From: an uncultured bacterium
GTDB lineage: Bacteria; Fermentibacterota; Fermentibacteria; Fermentibacterales; Fermentibacteraceae
Direction of reading: 5' to 3'
Length of the DNA stretch: 64,000 nucleotides
Assembly (NCBI GenBank): GCA_964603785.1
Contig: CAZRWD010000009.1
Location: forward strand, 18,082 to 82,081
The position numbers were made by a program, and so were the translations under genes. Position 1 is the first letter of the stretch; the number at the start of each line of letters is the position of its first letter. Under the pieces are notes generated by a model. That model saw nothing but the letters and a program-made list of their open reading frames with translations, did not search any database and was not told the DNA's origin. Below, piece by piece: positions 1-9,718 of this stretch.

Positions 1-1529
1 ATCCCCCCTCGCCGTCGCGGTCGTACGTGTAGACCGTCACCGCGTACTCCCCGCCGTCCCTGCTCAGGAAGGAGATCTCCTCGTCACCCGCGGCGTCGGA
101 TGCGCTGAGCCAGCCCTGGGCCATCCTGTCGAGACCGGGACCGGACACGAACAGGTCGAGGTCGGTCTCCCTGGATTCGCCCTCCAGCCTGACGCTGACG
201 AGGGAGCCGGGCTCCACCGCGAGCAGGCACTGGTGGACCGGAGCGGACGGCGAGAGGAACCCTTCGACGGGACCATCCAGATATGGCCCGGGAAGCTCAC
301 GGGATGTCAGCCTGCATGACGTCTCCACGGCGGAGCCGTCGTAACGGGGCATCACCCAGAGCGTGTCGCCGCGGCCCAGCCATGCGGCGATCGCATCGTC
401 GCCTCGCGCGGTGCGCATCTCCGCCACGGCGGGTCCGGTTCCGCGGAACAGGAGCAGATCCCCGTCGCGGAGCTTGTCGAACTCGGCCTCCACCGAGACG
501 CAGCAGTCGTGCCCGGCGACCAGGCCGGTGATGAACCGCGAGTCGTCCGTCAGGCCGACCACCCTGTCCATCTCGACGCCGGAGGCGGGTGACAGCCCGT
601 CGACGAGGCGGAGCCTGTACCGGATGGCGTCGCTCCCGCCGAAGTCGAATGCCCTGACCTCGGCGGTGAGGCTCCCGCCACGGGCGGGCAGCATGAGGGC
701 CTCGGCCGTCGAATAGCTCGAGGAGCCCGTGAGGTACTCCCCGGATGCGTCGATGAGGGCGAGGTCGATGTCGCCCTCCGCGGAAGGGCTGTCCAGCAGC
801 AGGAGGCGCCTGGAGGGAGATGGCTCGAGCATGAACCGCGCCACCTGGCAGCCTGCGTCCAGGGATCCCGAACGGGAGTCGGAGATGGTCGGGAAGGGGC
901 CGTCAGCCGCTGCAGTCAGCCTGAACGAGCCGTCTCCGACCTTGTTGTACCGCGTGACCACGACGATCAGGGACTCGGAGGGCGAGGCCGCGACGGACAC
1001 GGTCTCGTCGCCCCCCGTGGAATAGCTGCCCCCCCACAGGCTCATCCGGGAGCCGTAGACGTCCAGGTCGAGGTCGGTCTGGCTGTTCCCCCTGAGCCGG
1101 AAGGTCCATGTCCCAGCCGAGGGTGGGACGAACATGAAGGCCTCGCCCATCTCCGACGGCGACACCGAACCGGACGCCCGCTCGCCGGGAACGAGGGAGC
1201 CGGGGGGGAGCTCGTCGACCGACAGCCTGGTGCGGGTGCCGGGCTCGCCCTCCAGCAGGATCCAGAACCAGTAGTCCTCGAACGCCGACAGCGAGACGCC
1301 GCCTTCCTCCGAGGACGCCAGGACGCTCTCGTCCTCTCCGTACACCGTCACGCGGACGCCGGGATCGGTGGAGACCCCGAGGAAGACGTAGTCCTGCTCG
1401 AGAAGCCTGAGCCAGGCGGAGCCGTCCTCCAGCACGACGGACCGGGAGTCGCCGGTGACGAGCAGGGGCAGGTCGCCTGACGGCGGCAGGATCGACATGA
1501 TGAGCGCAAGCGCTGGCTGGACCGACATC
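1..1529 (-). CDS. Secreted protein with repeated PPC (bacterial pre-peptidase C-terminal)-like domains; partial, C-terminus lies beyond window start
   Basis: My own minus-strand translation from ATG near 1529 gives MSVQPALALIMSILPPSGD..., a signal-peptide-like N-terminus. It contains three or more repeats of the D-x-D-L-[FY/A]-[VL] ... G..Y motif (TDLDLFVSGPG...GGEYAVTVY; TDLDLDVYGSRM; DIDLALIDASGEY). GC3 bias is strong in this frame. It is absent from the ORF table because no stop codon falls inside the window. Confidence 0.55.
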
Positions 1530-1599
1530 TCGTCCTCCGTGCGGGGAAGGTTGCCTTCGGTGATCCGTTGGAGGCGACACTACGGAGGCATGGGGTTCC

Positions 1600-1860
1600 A
1601 TGGCAAGCCCCGGCGTCCGAAGGCAGCCTTTCCAGCCCGAAACCATGCCCGGCGTCCGAAGGCAGCCTTTCCAGCCCGAAACCATGCCCGGCGTCCGAGG
1701 GACCGCGGTACGCGGTGCCGAGGTAGCCAGCCCAGTCAAGAACCTGCCCGGCGTCCGAGGCACCGCGGTACGCGGTGCCGAGGTAGCCGCCCAAGCCAGA
1801 AGAGTGCCCGGCGTCCGGAGGTAGCCTTTCCAGCCCGTGCGATCTCCGGCGTCAGGGGCG
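1600..1860. repeat. Complex tandem repeat array: 39-bp unit x2, 60-bp unit x2 and a hybrid unit, each starting GCCCGGCGTCCGARGG
   Basis: Direct reading of the sequence. gcccggcgtccgaaggcagcctttccagcccgaaaccat is repeated twice perfectly. gcccggcgtccgagg[g/c]accgcggtacgcggtgccgaggtagcc... is repeated twice with 3'-end variation, followed by a fifth hybrid unit. The array lies between the start of the PPC gene and the end of the MBL-fold gene. Confidence 0.8.
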
Positions 1861-2508
1861 GGCGAAGGGGTTCTCCAGCCTCTCCCTTTCGATCGTGGTG
1901 TCCGGCCCGTGACCCGGATGGACCACGGTCTCCCCGGGCAGCGGGAACAGCCTGGTGCGGATGGACTCGATCTCCCTGTCCAGGGAGGCCCCCCACAGCC
2001 TGCCGACGCCCGGGATGCTGTCGACCCCGATCGAGCCCTCGAACAGGGTGTCGCCCGAGAACAGGTGGCCCGGGCAGAGGAGCCCGATGCTCCCGGGGCT
2101 GTGGCCGGGAAGGTGGATGACCGAGAAGGTCGCTTCTCCCGCCGTGATGACCGCCCCGTCGGCGAGGAGCGTGTCCAGCCCGCGGATGCGGACCTCCCGC
2201 CCGAAGAGGTGTGAGCCGTTGACATCCGGGTCGGTGAACAGGGGGATGTCGTCGGGATGGCCGGCGATCGGCGCATGGAGCCTCCCGCTCCAGTAGTCGG
2301 CGTCGCAGATGTGGTCGGGGTGGCCGTGCGTCAGGACCACGGCCTCCACGATCCAGCCCTCGGTCATACGCGAGACCTTCAGCCGCTCTCCGTCGTCCGT
2401 GGTGGCGGGGTCGACGAGGATCGCCCGCCTCGATGCCGGATCCCCCGCCAGCCAGCACCGTGTCCAGGTCCAGCCGGTGGCCACGCCGGTGCTCCTCACC
2501 GCGAGCAT
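1852..2508 (-). CDS. MBL-fold metallo-hydrolase (hydroxyacylglutathione hydrolase-like)
   Basis: ORF table protein carries the motif VLTHGHPDHICDAD and later HLPGHSPGSIG / HPGHGP, typical of the metallo-beta-lactamase fold. Confidence 0.85.
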   Translation of the reverse strand: MLAVRSTGVATGWTWTRCWLAGDPASRRAILVDPATTDDGERLKVSRMTEGWIVEAVVLTHGHPDHICDADYWSGRLHAPIAGHPDDIPLFTDPDVNGSHLFGREVRIRGLDTLLADGAVITAGEATFSVIHLPGHSPGSIGLLCPGHLFSGDTLFEGSIGVDSIPGVGRLWGASLDREIESIRTRLFPLPGETVVHPGHGPDTTIERERLENPFARP

Positions 2509-2509
2509 G

Positions 2510-3196
2510 TCAGGAGATCTCGTCGACGAACTCGCCGAAGGACTGGAACGGGCACCGGATCGCGTCGGAAGCCTTCAGCCTGGCCGCGAGGTCGAACATC
2601 ACCAGGAGGCAGTAGCCCCTCAGGGTCGTGCGCCAGGAGATGCAGGAGCCCGTCCGCAGCCCGGGCGCCGCGAGCGAGAGGGCCTCCAGGTCGCGGGGGG
2701 CCATGAACCTGGGCCATACCGAGACCGTCGCCCTGAGACAGGGGGCGAACGGGTCCGGCACCTTCATGAGCGTGAGAAGGGTGTCGAAGTCGCCTCCGAG
2801 ATGGTGTACGGCGGCCCTCATCTGGGCGGGCGTCCTTCTCGTGTTCTGGTTCGGGCCCGGGATCCTCGTCACGAAATCCAGACCCTCGCCCGCCGGATAG
2901 CCCAGCTCCAGGAGGGCCGGGGCCTCCTCCAGGGCCGCCGCCAGCAGGTCGGAGGCGGGACCGGCCGGGAGGGTCGCCGAGACCTCGGTCACGTCCGGCC
3001 ACAGGCTGAGCGTCCTCGAGAGCCTCTCGACCCTGGAGCCGGCCGCGGTCCTGGAGATCTCGCGGACATGGTTCCGGAGGGATGCGAACTGCGGGATCCA
3101 GACAGTGGCGCTTCGCCCGCCGCTCCACCCGGCCAGGCAGTGGAGCACCCTCGACACCTGCCACGGGTTGTCGAACACGGAGGGGAAGGCCTTCAT
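2510..3196 (-). CDS. Conserved hypothetical protein (228 aa), coupled to the upstream recombinase gene by an ATGA overlap
   Basis: Internal ATG ([13 protein letters not shown]...) inside ORF 2510..3532. The XerC/D stop TGA at 3193-3195 overlaps this ATG. The N-terminal 112 aa of the table ORF overlap the recombinase gene and look like a frame artifact. Confidence 0.55.
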   Translation of the reverse strand: MKAFPSVFDNPWQVSRVLHCLAGWSGGRSATVWIPQFASLRNHVREISRTAAGSRVERLSRTLSLWPDVTEVSATLPAGPASDLLAAALEEAPALLELGYPAGEGLDFVTRIPGPNQNTRRTPAQMRAAVHHLGGDFDTLLTLMKVPDPFAPCLRATVSVWPRFMAPRDLEALSLAAPGLRTGSCISWRTTLRGYCLLVMFDLAARLKASDAIRCPFQSFGEFVDEIS

Positions 3197-4083
3197 CGCC
3201 TCGATCTCGGGTGGCATGTCCTGACGACCTCGGTGAGCCATGTCCTGTCGATGTTCGTGTAGATCTCCGTGGTCCTTATGTCGGCGTGACCCAGCAGCTC
3301 CTGCACGACCCTGAGATCGGCACCCCCCTCCAGGAGGTGGGTCGCGAAGGAGTGGCGCAGGGTGTGGGGATGGACCCGGGAGGCAAGGCCGGCCCTGAGC
3401 GCGGCCTGCCTGACGATCTCCCAGACGGACATCCTCGACAGCGGCCTCCCCGAGCGGCTGAGGAAGAGGGTCCGCGACGTCCTGTGACCCAGCAGGAGCG
3501 GTCGTGCCTCCAGCATGTACCTCTCGGTCCACCTACGAGCGGGTCCGCCCATCGGGAGCACCCTCTCCCTCGAGCCCTTTCCCAGGGGACGGACCCAGGC
3601 CTCCTCGATGGAGACGCGGTCGACGGTCAGGGAGACGATCTCGCTCTCCCTCAGCCCGCATCCGTAGCCCAGCTCCAGCATCGCACGGTTCCGGAGCGAC
3701 AGGGCCCCCTCGCCGTCCCATGCCTCCATCAGCAGGGCGCAGTCTCTCGCGGTGAGGACGTCGGGCAGGTCACGGGGCACCTTCGGGGAGGCGACGGAGG
3801 ATACCCGCCCTCTCCCGCCCAGCCCCTCGGACTCGAGGTAGGAGAAGAACCCCCTCAGGACGGAGAGCTTCCTCCTGACCGTCCTCGGAGCGAGACCCCT
3901 CGAGGAGAGGGCGGCCGAGAAGGATGCCAGGTCACCCTCGGAGCAGTCCTGAAGTACGGAGCCCCGTCCGGCGGACCAGGCCCCCGCCTCCTCCAGATCT
4001 GAGCGGTAGGCCGCCACGGTGGCCCTGGAGAGCGACCTCTCGAGGGCGATGAAGTCCAGGTAGTCCCTGGCGAGTTCATCCAT
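3193..4083 (-). CDS. Tyrosine site-specific recombinase XerC/XerD family
   Basis: Carries the C-terminal catalytic motifs [37 protein letters not shown] and [11 protein letters not shown]. The N-terminal phage-integrase SAM-like region reads [17 protein letters not shown]. Confidence 0.85.
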   Translation of the reverse strand: MDELARDYLDFIALERSLSRATVAAYRSDLEEAGAWSAGRGSVLQDCSEGDLASFSAALSSRGLAPRTVRRKLSVLRGFFSYLESEGLGGRGRVSSVASPKVPRDLPDVLTARDCALLMEAWDGEGALSLRNRAMLELGYGCGLRESEIVSLTVDRVSIEEAWVRPLGKGSRERVLPMGGPARRWTERYMLEARPLLLGHRTSRTLFLSRSGRPLSRMSVWEIVRQAALRAGLASRVHPHTLRHSFATHLLEGGADLRVVQELLGHADIRTTEIYTNIDRTWLTEVVRTCHPRSRR

Positions 4084-5179
4084 CGGAAGGGTTGAGCCAG
4101 GAGACGAATCCGCGCCTCCTGGCGGACGCCGCCCCCGGCCTGAGCGAGGCCGGGGCGATGCCCACGGTGATCCCGGGCGTCTCCAGCATCCCCGCGAGCT
4201 CCGAGGCCTTCTCCCTCGACGCAGTGCAGGCGATCCTCACCGGGCGGGGCGTCCCGAGCAGCGCCCAGGCCTCCTCGGGCCGGAAGTCGAGCCTGCCGCA
4301 CAGGACCTCCACGAAACGCTCGCCCGCATCCTCCGAACAGCCGTGCAGATAGATCCCCAGCGCGCCGGGTCTCGCGGGCGGCCTCCTGCAGACCACCGGG
4401 GGCGAGGGCGTCGTCACCGGGGGAATCATCTCCAGTGCCGCGGCATCCGGTGCAACGGGCGGAATCTCCGGCCTCCTGCCGGGGGCATGGAACCTGATGA
4501 TCCCGGGCGGCGTGTCCGGCCCCCTCGACACCGGCAGAACGGGAGGCGCCTCGAGCTCGGCGACCGGAGGCTCCTGGGGAGGCGGCGGGGTCTTCCTGAG
4601 GGGTTTCTCCTTCTGGGGCGCGGCTTCCGCGACCGGCTTCGGCGCAGCGGAGGCTGCGGATTCCGGCCCGGCCGCGGGGGCCGGGGCCCTCGCCGCAGCC
4701 CTGCGCACGGGGGCGGGCTGGGAGGACGCGCCGGCGGTCACTATCTCCACGATGCCGCCGGAGTCGACGAGGGCCTTCCGAATCCGCCTGGCGGTTTCGT
4801 GGTCGATCCCGTCCCTCAGGACGAAGGGGATCCTGGAGAGCCAGACGACGACCTGCTCGGGGGGGAGCCCCGACAGCTTCTGGAGCCTCTCCCTGAGCCG
4901 GGCCCTCTGACCCGGCTGGTAGCCCGTGAGGACGACCCTGTAGGAGGACGGGCCGGGCTCGCCGGTCGGAGCCTTCACCACCTGGCAGCTCATGCCCATC
5001 TCGGAGAGGGAGGCGGCAAGGGCCCTCGCCCTCTCCTCGGGGAAGCCCTCGCCTGCGACTACGCCGTTCCTGCGCAGGGCCAGGAGAACCTCCCCCCTGC
5101 CGAGCCCGGTCAGCTCCTCGAGGGTGGACAGGGTAAGGGGATCCGGGTTCTCTGCCCTTACCAGGACCCTCCAGCTCAT
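4076..5179 (-). CDS. Hypothetical protein with three internal ~55-aa repeats separated by a Pro/Ala-rich linker
   Basis: GC3-biased ORF of 367 aa. The three repeats are [25 protein letters not shown]..., [25 protein letters not shown]... and [26 protein letters not shown].... It overlaps the XerC/D start by 8 nt and the LysM gene stop by 4 nt. Confidence 0.5.
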   Translation of the reverse strand: MSWRVLVRAENPDPLTLSTLEELTGLGRGEVLLALRRNGVVAGEGFPEERARALAASLSEMGMSCQVVKAPTGEPGPSSYRVVLTGYQPGQRARLRERLQKLSGLPPEQVVVWLSRIPFVLRDGIDHETARRIRKALVDSGGIVEIVTAGASSQPAPVRRAAARAPAPAAGPESAASAAPKPVAEAAPQKEKPLRKTPPPPQEPPVAELEAPPVLPVSRGPDTPPGIIRFHAPGRRPEIPPVAPDAAALEMIPPVTTPSPPVVCRRPPARPGALGIYLHGCSEDAGERFVEVLCGRLDFRPEEAWALLGTPRPVRIACTASREKASELAGMLETPGITVGIAPASLRPGAASARRRGFVSWLNPSDG

Positions 5180-6207
5180 CGCACTCCGCTGCCGGCCGTC
5201 TGCCTCCTGGCGAGGTGGATCCGGTCACCGGCCTGGACGAGGTCGGCGGTGACGTTCGCCGTGACCAGGACGGACGAGGTGGTGGATCCGGCGTCCAGGA
5301 CCAGCAGCTCGGCGATCGGGATGTCGGCGGTCACCAGCTCGGCGCCCGTGATGTCCTCGTCCAGGGTCCCGTACTTGTACAGAACGAAGACGTCGCCCTG
5401 GCGCAGGCCGCTGTCGCGGCCCCTGTTGATGTAGACGACGTCGTAGGCGAACGAGTCGGTGAAGTCCTTGTCCTGTACCGCTATCACCCATGCGGTGAGG
5501 CTCTCGACGGTCGGGGAGGTGTTGACTGGCACGTTCCCGGCCGGGGAGTACGGGACGAGGATGTCGCCGTCGTTGACGGGGATGTACGAATGCTCGACGA
5601 GGGCGATCGAGGTCGCCCCGGTCACCTCGAGGATCCTGACCACTCCGGCTACCCTGATGACGCTCCCGATGACGGCGTCCGTCTCGGGATCCCTGACCGT
5701 CTCACCCTGCTCGAGAACGTGCAGGACCATGCCCGACCTGGCCCCGTCGGCGTCCCCGTAGTCCAGCTCGACGAGGTCGCCCATGTAGCCGTTCTCGTTG
5801 CTGACGAAGCCCTGGTCCTCGATGTTGACCCTCAGCACCGCCCCGAGGGCGGGGATGGTCTGGCTGGTCACGAACCCGGCCGTCTCGAGCCTGAGCCTGC
5901 TTATCATGGGAGCGGTCGCCGCGAGAGTGGGTGACCGGACGGTCGACGTCACGTAGCTCCTGTCGACGGCCGCGGCCGGCAGCCCGGCGACTTCGGGGAG
6001 GAACAGCTCCATCCCGGGGACGAGGTACTCCGGGCCTGCGATCGACGGGTTGGCGGCGAGAATGTCGTCCCAGTAGTCAGGGCTGCCGTAGAAGCGGATG
6101 GAGAGGTCCCATAGGGTGTCGCCGTAGCCGACCTGGTAGGTCGAGGCTGCGGCCGAGACGCCAGCCAGGAGCGTCAAAGACATCAGAGAGCAAATCACCC
6201 CGCGCAT
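5176..6207 (-). CDS. Secreted LysM domain protein
   Basis: Signal peptide MRGVICSLMSLTLLAGVSAAAS, followed by the LysM motif YQVGYGDTLWDLSIRFYGSPDYWDDILAANP. Confidence 0.75.
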   Translation of the reverse strand: MRGVICSLMSLTLLAGVSAAASTYQVGYGDTLWDLSIRFYGSPDYWDDILAANPSIAGPEYLVPGMELFLPEVAGLPAAAVDRSYVTSTVRSPTLAATAPMISRLRLETAGFVTSQTIPALGAVLRVNIEDQGFVSNENGYMGDLVELDYGDADGARSGMVLHVLEQGETVRDPETDAVIGSVIRVAGVVRILEVTGATSIALVEHSYIPVNDGDILVPYSPAGNVPVNTSPTVESLTAWVIAVQDKDFTDSFAYDVVYINRGRDSGLRQGDVFVLYKYGTLDEDITGAELVTADIPIAELLVLDAGSTTSSVLVTANVTADLVQAGDRIHLARRQTAGSGVR

Positions 6208-6299
6208 CCGACACCTCCGTTGCCAGGCCGGACACCGCCGGCACGAATCTCATAACTTCATAAAATCTAAAGTTGGATGGCAGGCCGGGTCAATGACTT

Positions 6300-7004
6300 C
6301 TATTTCCTGGCGGGGTATATGACCACGGCGCCATCCCCCGGAGCCTCCCCCACCGTCACGGACACCGTGTAGAAGCCCTGCGCGACTCCCTCGGAGGGCA
6401 CGCTGACGGCAAGCCAGAGGCAGCCGCCCGTTCCGGCGACCCCCGCCCAGGACTCGCCCACGCCGAACGGCCGGCCATCCTCGCCGATCCTCGCCACCAG
6501 CTCGCCGTCCCGGGCCTCCGGGGCAAGAGCGACCGAGGAGGAGGTCCGCTCCGTGCCCGAGGGTCCCGTCGAGCCCGTTCCCATGTTGGTGCGCCCGCCG
6601 GCCAGGATCACGATCTGCGAGCCCTCGACCACCTCCACGTGGGTGCAGGTCCAGCCTGCGGCGGCGCTCACGTCCATGAGCAGGTTCTGCACGGAAGAAG
6701 GGCCCCAGGAGATGCTGGCGACCTCGCGGAGCGGCACCGTGGTGTCGTATCCCGACCCGTCCACCGTCAGGACCCTGTCCTCTATCGTGACCGCTCCCCT
6801 GGTGCGGACGCCGCTGCGCAGCAGGACGACCGCCTGGGAGGAGGGCACCCCGGTCGAGAAGCCGTCGAAGACGGCCTCGCCTCCGGAGAGCGAGCGGAGC
6901 CTGCCCATGACCACGCTGCCGTCGGCGGCAACCATCCTGTCCGGGGTCCGGCTGCAGCCGGCCGCCAGGCCGGCCGCTGCTGCGAGAGCAAGGATTCTTC
7001 TCAA
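6300..7004 (-). CDS. Lipoprotein, function unknown
   Basis: Lipobox [17 protein letters not shown]. Its ATG overlaps the lon stop (ATGA). Confidence 0.55.
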   Translation of the reverse strand: MRRILALAAAAGLAAGCSRTPDRMVAADGSVVMGRLRSLSGGEAVFDGFSTGVPSSQAVVLLRSGVRTRGAVTIEDRVLTVDGSGYDTTVPLREVASISWGPSSVQNLLMDVSAAAGWTCTHVEVVEGSQIVILAGGRTNMGTGSTGPSGTERTSSSVALAPEARDGELVARIGEDGRPFGVGESWAGVAGTGGCLWLAVSVPSEGVAQGFYTVSVTVGEAPGDGAVVIYPARK

Positions 7005-9337
7005 CTGCCACCGTCCTCGACGAGGAACACCCTCACGGCGTCCTCCATCTTCTCTATCGGGACGAAATCCATCTCCCCCCTGAGAGAAGGATCGACATCC
7101 TCGAGGTCCCTCATGTTGTCCCGGGGCAGGAGCACCGTCCCTATCCCGGCCGCGTGCGCACCCAGCACCTTCTCCTTCACACCGCCTATCATCATCACCC
7201 TGCCGTGGAGGGTAATCTCGCCCGTCACGGCGGCATCCGCACGGAGTGGCCTCTCAGTGAGGGCGGAGAGCAGGGACAGGGCCATGGCGACCCCGGCCGA
7301 CGGCCCGTCCTTCGGCGTGGCCCCGGCGGGAACGTGGACATGGATGTCCATCTTCTGGAAGTCGGCCGTGATCCCGTACCGCACCGAGCTGGACCTGACC
7401 CAGGTCAGGGCGGCCTGGGCGGACTCCCTCATGACCTCGCCCAGCTGGCCCGTGAGGACGAGCTTGCCGGTCCCGGGCATCACCGTGCTCTCGACGAAGA
7501 GGATCTCGCCCCCGGCGGGGGTCCACGCCAGGCCGGTGGCGACACCCGTCCTGGGCTTCCTGCCCGCGGTCTCCTGGAAGTACTTCACCGGACCGAGGTA
7601 GCCCGCCACGGAGGATGCCGTGATCCGCTCGGCCGGGTCCTCGCCCGAGGCGACCCGGACGGCAACCCGGCGGCAGATCTTGCCTATCTGCCTCTCGAGC
7701 TCCCTCACGCCCGCCTCCCTCGTGTACTTCTCGACCATGGCGGACAGGCCGCTCCTGTGGAACCTGACCTGCCTGCCGGTCAGGCCGTTGTTGCGGACCT
7801 GCTTCGGGATCAGGTACCGCCTCGCGATCTCGAGCTTCTCGGCGCCCGTGTAGCCCGAGAGCCTGAGGACCTCCATCCTGTCGAGGAGGGCGGAGGGAAT
7901 GGTGTCGAGCTGGTTGGCCGTGGTTATGAACTCGACCCTCCGGAGGTCGAACGGCACGTTCAGGTAGTTGTCCCTGAAGCTGAAGTTCTGCTCGGGATCG
8001 AGGACCTCCAGGAGCGCCGAGGTGGGGTCGCCCCTGAAGTCGCGCCCGACCTTGTCCACCTCGTCGAGCATGAAGACGGGGTTGTTCGACCCGGCCTCCC
8101 TGAGGCCCTGCACGATCCTGCCCGGCATCGCTCCCACGTAGGTCCGCCTGTGGCCCCTGATCTCGGCCTCGTCGTGCACCCCGCCCAGCGAGATCCTCAC
8201 GAATCTTCGCTGCATGGCCCTGGCTATGCTGCGGCCCATGGAGGTCTTGCCGACGCCGGGCGGGCCCACGAAGCAGAGGATGGGGCTGGAGGCCGACGGG
8301 TTGAGCCTCTTCACCGCGAGGAACTCGAGGATCCTCTCCTTGACGTCCCTGAGGTCGTAGTGGTCCTCGTCGAGTATCCTGCGGGCCGAGGAGATGTCCA
8401 TCTGGTCGTCGGTCCCCTCCAGCCAGGGGAGCTGGAGCACCCATTCGATGTAGGTCCTGGAGACGGCCACCTCCGGAGTGCCGGGGGGCATCTTCGCCAG
8501 CCTGTCGAGCTCCTCCTCGGAGGCCTTCCTGACCTCCTCCGGCAGGTTCTTGGTCGAAAGCCTCTCGCGCAGCTCGGCAGCCTCCGGGTTGTCCCCCTCC
8601 CCCGCCCCGAGCTCCCGCTGGATGGCCTTCATCTGCTCCTTGAGCCAGTACTCCTTCTGATCCTTCTCCATCTCGGATCGGACCTGGCTCTGGATGCGGT
8701 TCCTGAGCTTGAGGATCTTGACCTCGCGCGCCATGATGTCCGAGAGGAGCTTCAGCCTGCGCAGGATGTTGTTCTCCTCGAGTATGGCCTGCTTGTCCGG
8801 GATGTTGGCCTCGATGCCGCCCGCCGCGACGAAGCCGAGCCTCTCGGGGTCCCTCAGGAGGCTCACCAGCTGGACCTCGTCCGGGATGCCGGGGGACAGC
8901 TCGACGATCTGCTTCAGCTGCATCTCCACGTTCTTGCGCCAGGCCTCGATCTCGTCGGCCTTCGGGGGCCATTCGGTCTCGAGCTTCTCCACCCTGGCCC
9001 TGAAGTAGGGCCTGGTCTGGACGAATCCGGTGATCCGGAACCTGACGAGTCCCTTCAGGCTGAGCCTGATCACCTCCCCGGGGAACCTGTAGAGCTTGAC
9101 TATCCCTGCTGCGGTTCCCGTTCCGAAGAGGTCCTCGGCCTCGACCGGCGAGGTGTCCGGGGCGCGGACGGCCACGAGGCCCATCATCTTGTTGCCTACG
9201 ACCGCGTCGTCCACCAGCCCGATCTGGGCCGGGTCGGTGACGGTCAGCGGGATGATCGAGTAGGGGAACGCCACGCCGTCCTGGAGAGGGAGGATCGGCA
9301 GGGTCTGGGGCAGGTGGAATTCGCTCTCCGGGTTCAT
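7001..9337 (-). CDS. lon: ATP-dependent Lon protease
   Basis: N-terminal LON substrate-binding region, Walker [10 protein letters not shown], and the proteolytic domain [20 protein letters not shown]. The start is either at 9364 (table) or at 9337 (MNPESEF...), which abuts the hsp20 stop. Confidence 0.9.
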   Translation of the reverse strand: MNPESEFHLPQTLPILPLQDGVAFPYSIIPLTVTDPAQIGLVDDAVVGNKMMGLVAVRAPDTSPVEAEDLFGTGTAAGIVKLYRFPGEVIRLSLKGLVRFRITGFVQTRPYFRARVEKLETEWPPKADEIEAWRKNVEMQLKQIVELSPGIPDEVQLVSLLRDPERLGFVAAGGIEANIPDKQAILEENNILRRLKLLSDIMAREVKILKLRNRIQSQVRSEMEKDQKEYWLKEQMKAIQRELGAGEGDNPEAAELRERLSTKNLPEEVRKASEEELDRLAKMPPGTPEVAVSRTYIEWVLQLPWLEGTDDQMDISSARRILDEDHYDLRDVKERILEFLAVKRLNPSASSPILCFVGPPGVGKTSMGRSIARAMQRRFVRISLGGVHDEAEIRGHRRTYVGAMPGRIVQGLREAGSNNPVFMLDEVDKVGRDFRGDPTSALLEVLDPEQNFSFRDNYLNVPFDLRRVEFITTANQLDTIPSALLDRMEVLRLSGYTGAEKLEIARRYLIPKQVRNNGLTGRQVRFHRSGLSAMVEKYTREAGVRELERQIGKICRRVAVRVASGEDPAERITASSVAGYLGPVKYFQETAGRKPRTGVATGLAWTPAGGEILFVESTVMPGTGKLVLTGQLGEVMRESAQAALTWVRSSSVRYGITADFQKMDIHVHVPAGATPKDGPSAGVAMALSLLSALTERPLRADAAVTGEITLHGRVMMIGGVKEKVLGAHAAGIGTVLLPRDNMRDLEDVDPSLRGEMDFVPIEKMEDAVRVFLVEDGGS

Positions 9338-9705
9338 CACCCCTCCACTGAAACGTTCGAGCACTCGTCGGGGTCGATCCCGATCCTGACCGGACCGGCG
9401 GGCATCAGGGGCATCTCGATCCTCAGGACGCCGTCCCTCATCTCGGCCGTAGCTTCGGAAGCCTCGATCCTGGCCGGCAGATCGATCTCGCGCTCGAAGC
9501 GGCCCGTCCTGATCTCCAGCCTCTCGGCCGCGAGCCCGGGGAGTATGGGACCCCTGACGCCCCGCACGACGACCGATCTGCTCCTCGCGAAGACCTCCAC
9601 GTCCGGGGGCCGCATGCCGGGCAGCTCCACGAAGAGTATCAGGTGCGTCTGCGTCTCGTAGAGGTCCACGGCCGGGGACCAGTATCCGCCAAGGCTCTGC
9701 AGCAA
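9337..9705 (-). CDS. Hsp20/alpha-crystallin family small heat-shock protein
   Basis: Alpha-crystallin domain: VDLYETQTHLILFVELPGMRPPDVEV ... RSFRL-like REIDLP...GVLRIEMP. It lies immediately upstream of lon. Confidence 0.8.
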   Translation of the reverse strand: MLQSLGGYWSPAVDLYETQTHLILFVELPGMRPPDVEVFARSRSVVVRGVRGPILPGLAAERLEIRTGRFEREIDLPARIEASEATAEMRDGVLRIEMPLMPAGPVRIGIDPDECSNVSVEG

Positions 9706-9718
9706 TGTTCCTCCCGGC

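Noticed and set aside
1600-1860. Possible CRISPR array
   Set aside because: The variable segments between the conserved 16-mer heads are themselves duplicated (two identical 24-mers, two near-identical 45-mers), so they are not unique spacers. No cas genes are nearby.
903-2276. 457-aa minus-strand ORF spanning the repeat array and the MBL-fold gene
   Set aside because: Its translation is Arg/Pro/Gly-rich low complexity, and it overlaps the well-supported MBL-fold gene in another frame. This is the typical alternate-frame artifact of high-GC DNA.
3855-5228. 457-aa minus-strand ORF overlapping the recombinase and the triple-repeat protein
   Set aside because: The peptide is Arg/Gly/Pro-rich nonsense. 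The genes in the other frames have family signatures and GC3 bias.
7154-9661. 835-aa plus-strand ORF and the 572-aa ORF at 7254..8972 antisense to or within lon
   Set aside because: Both are antisense or alternate-frame readings of the Lon protease gene, with low-complexity translations.
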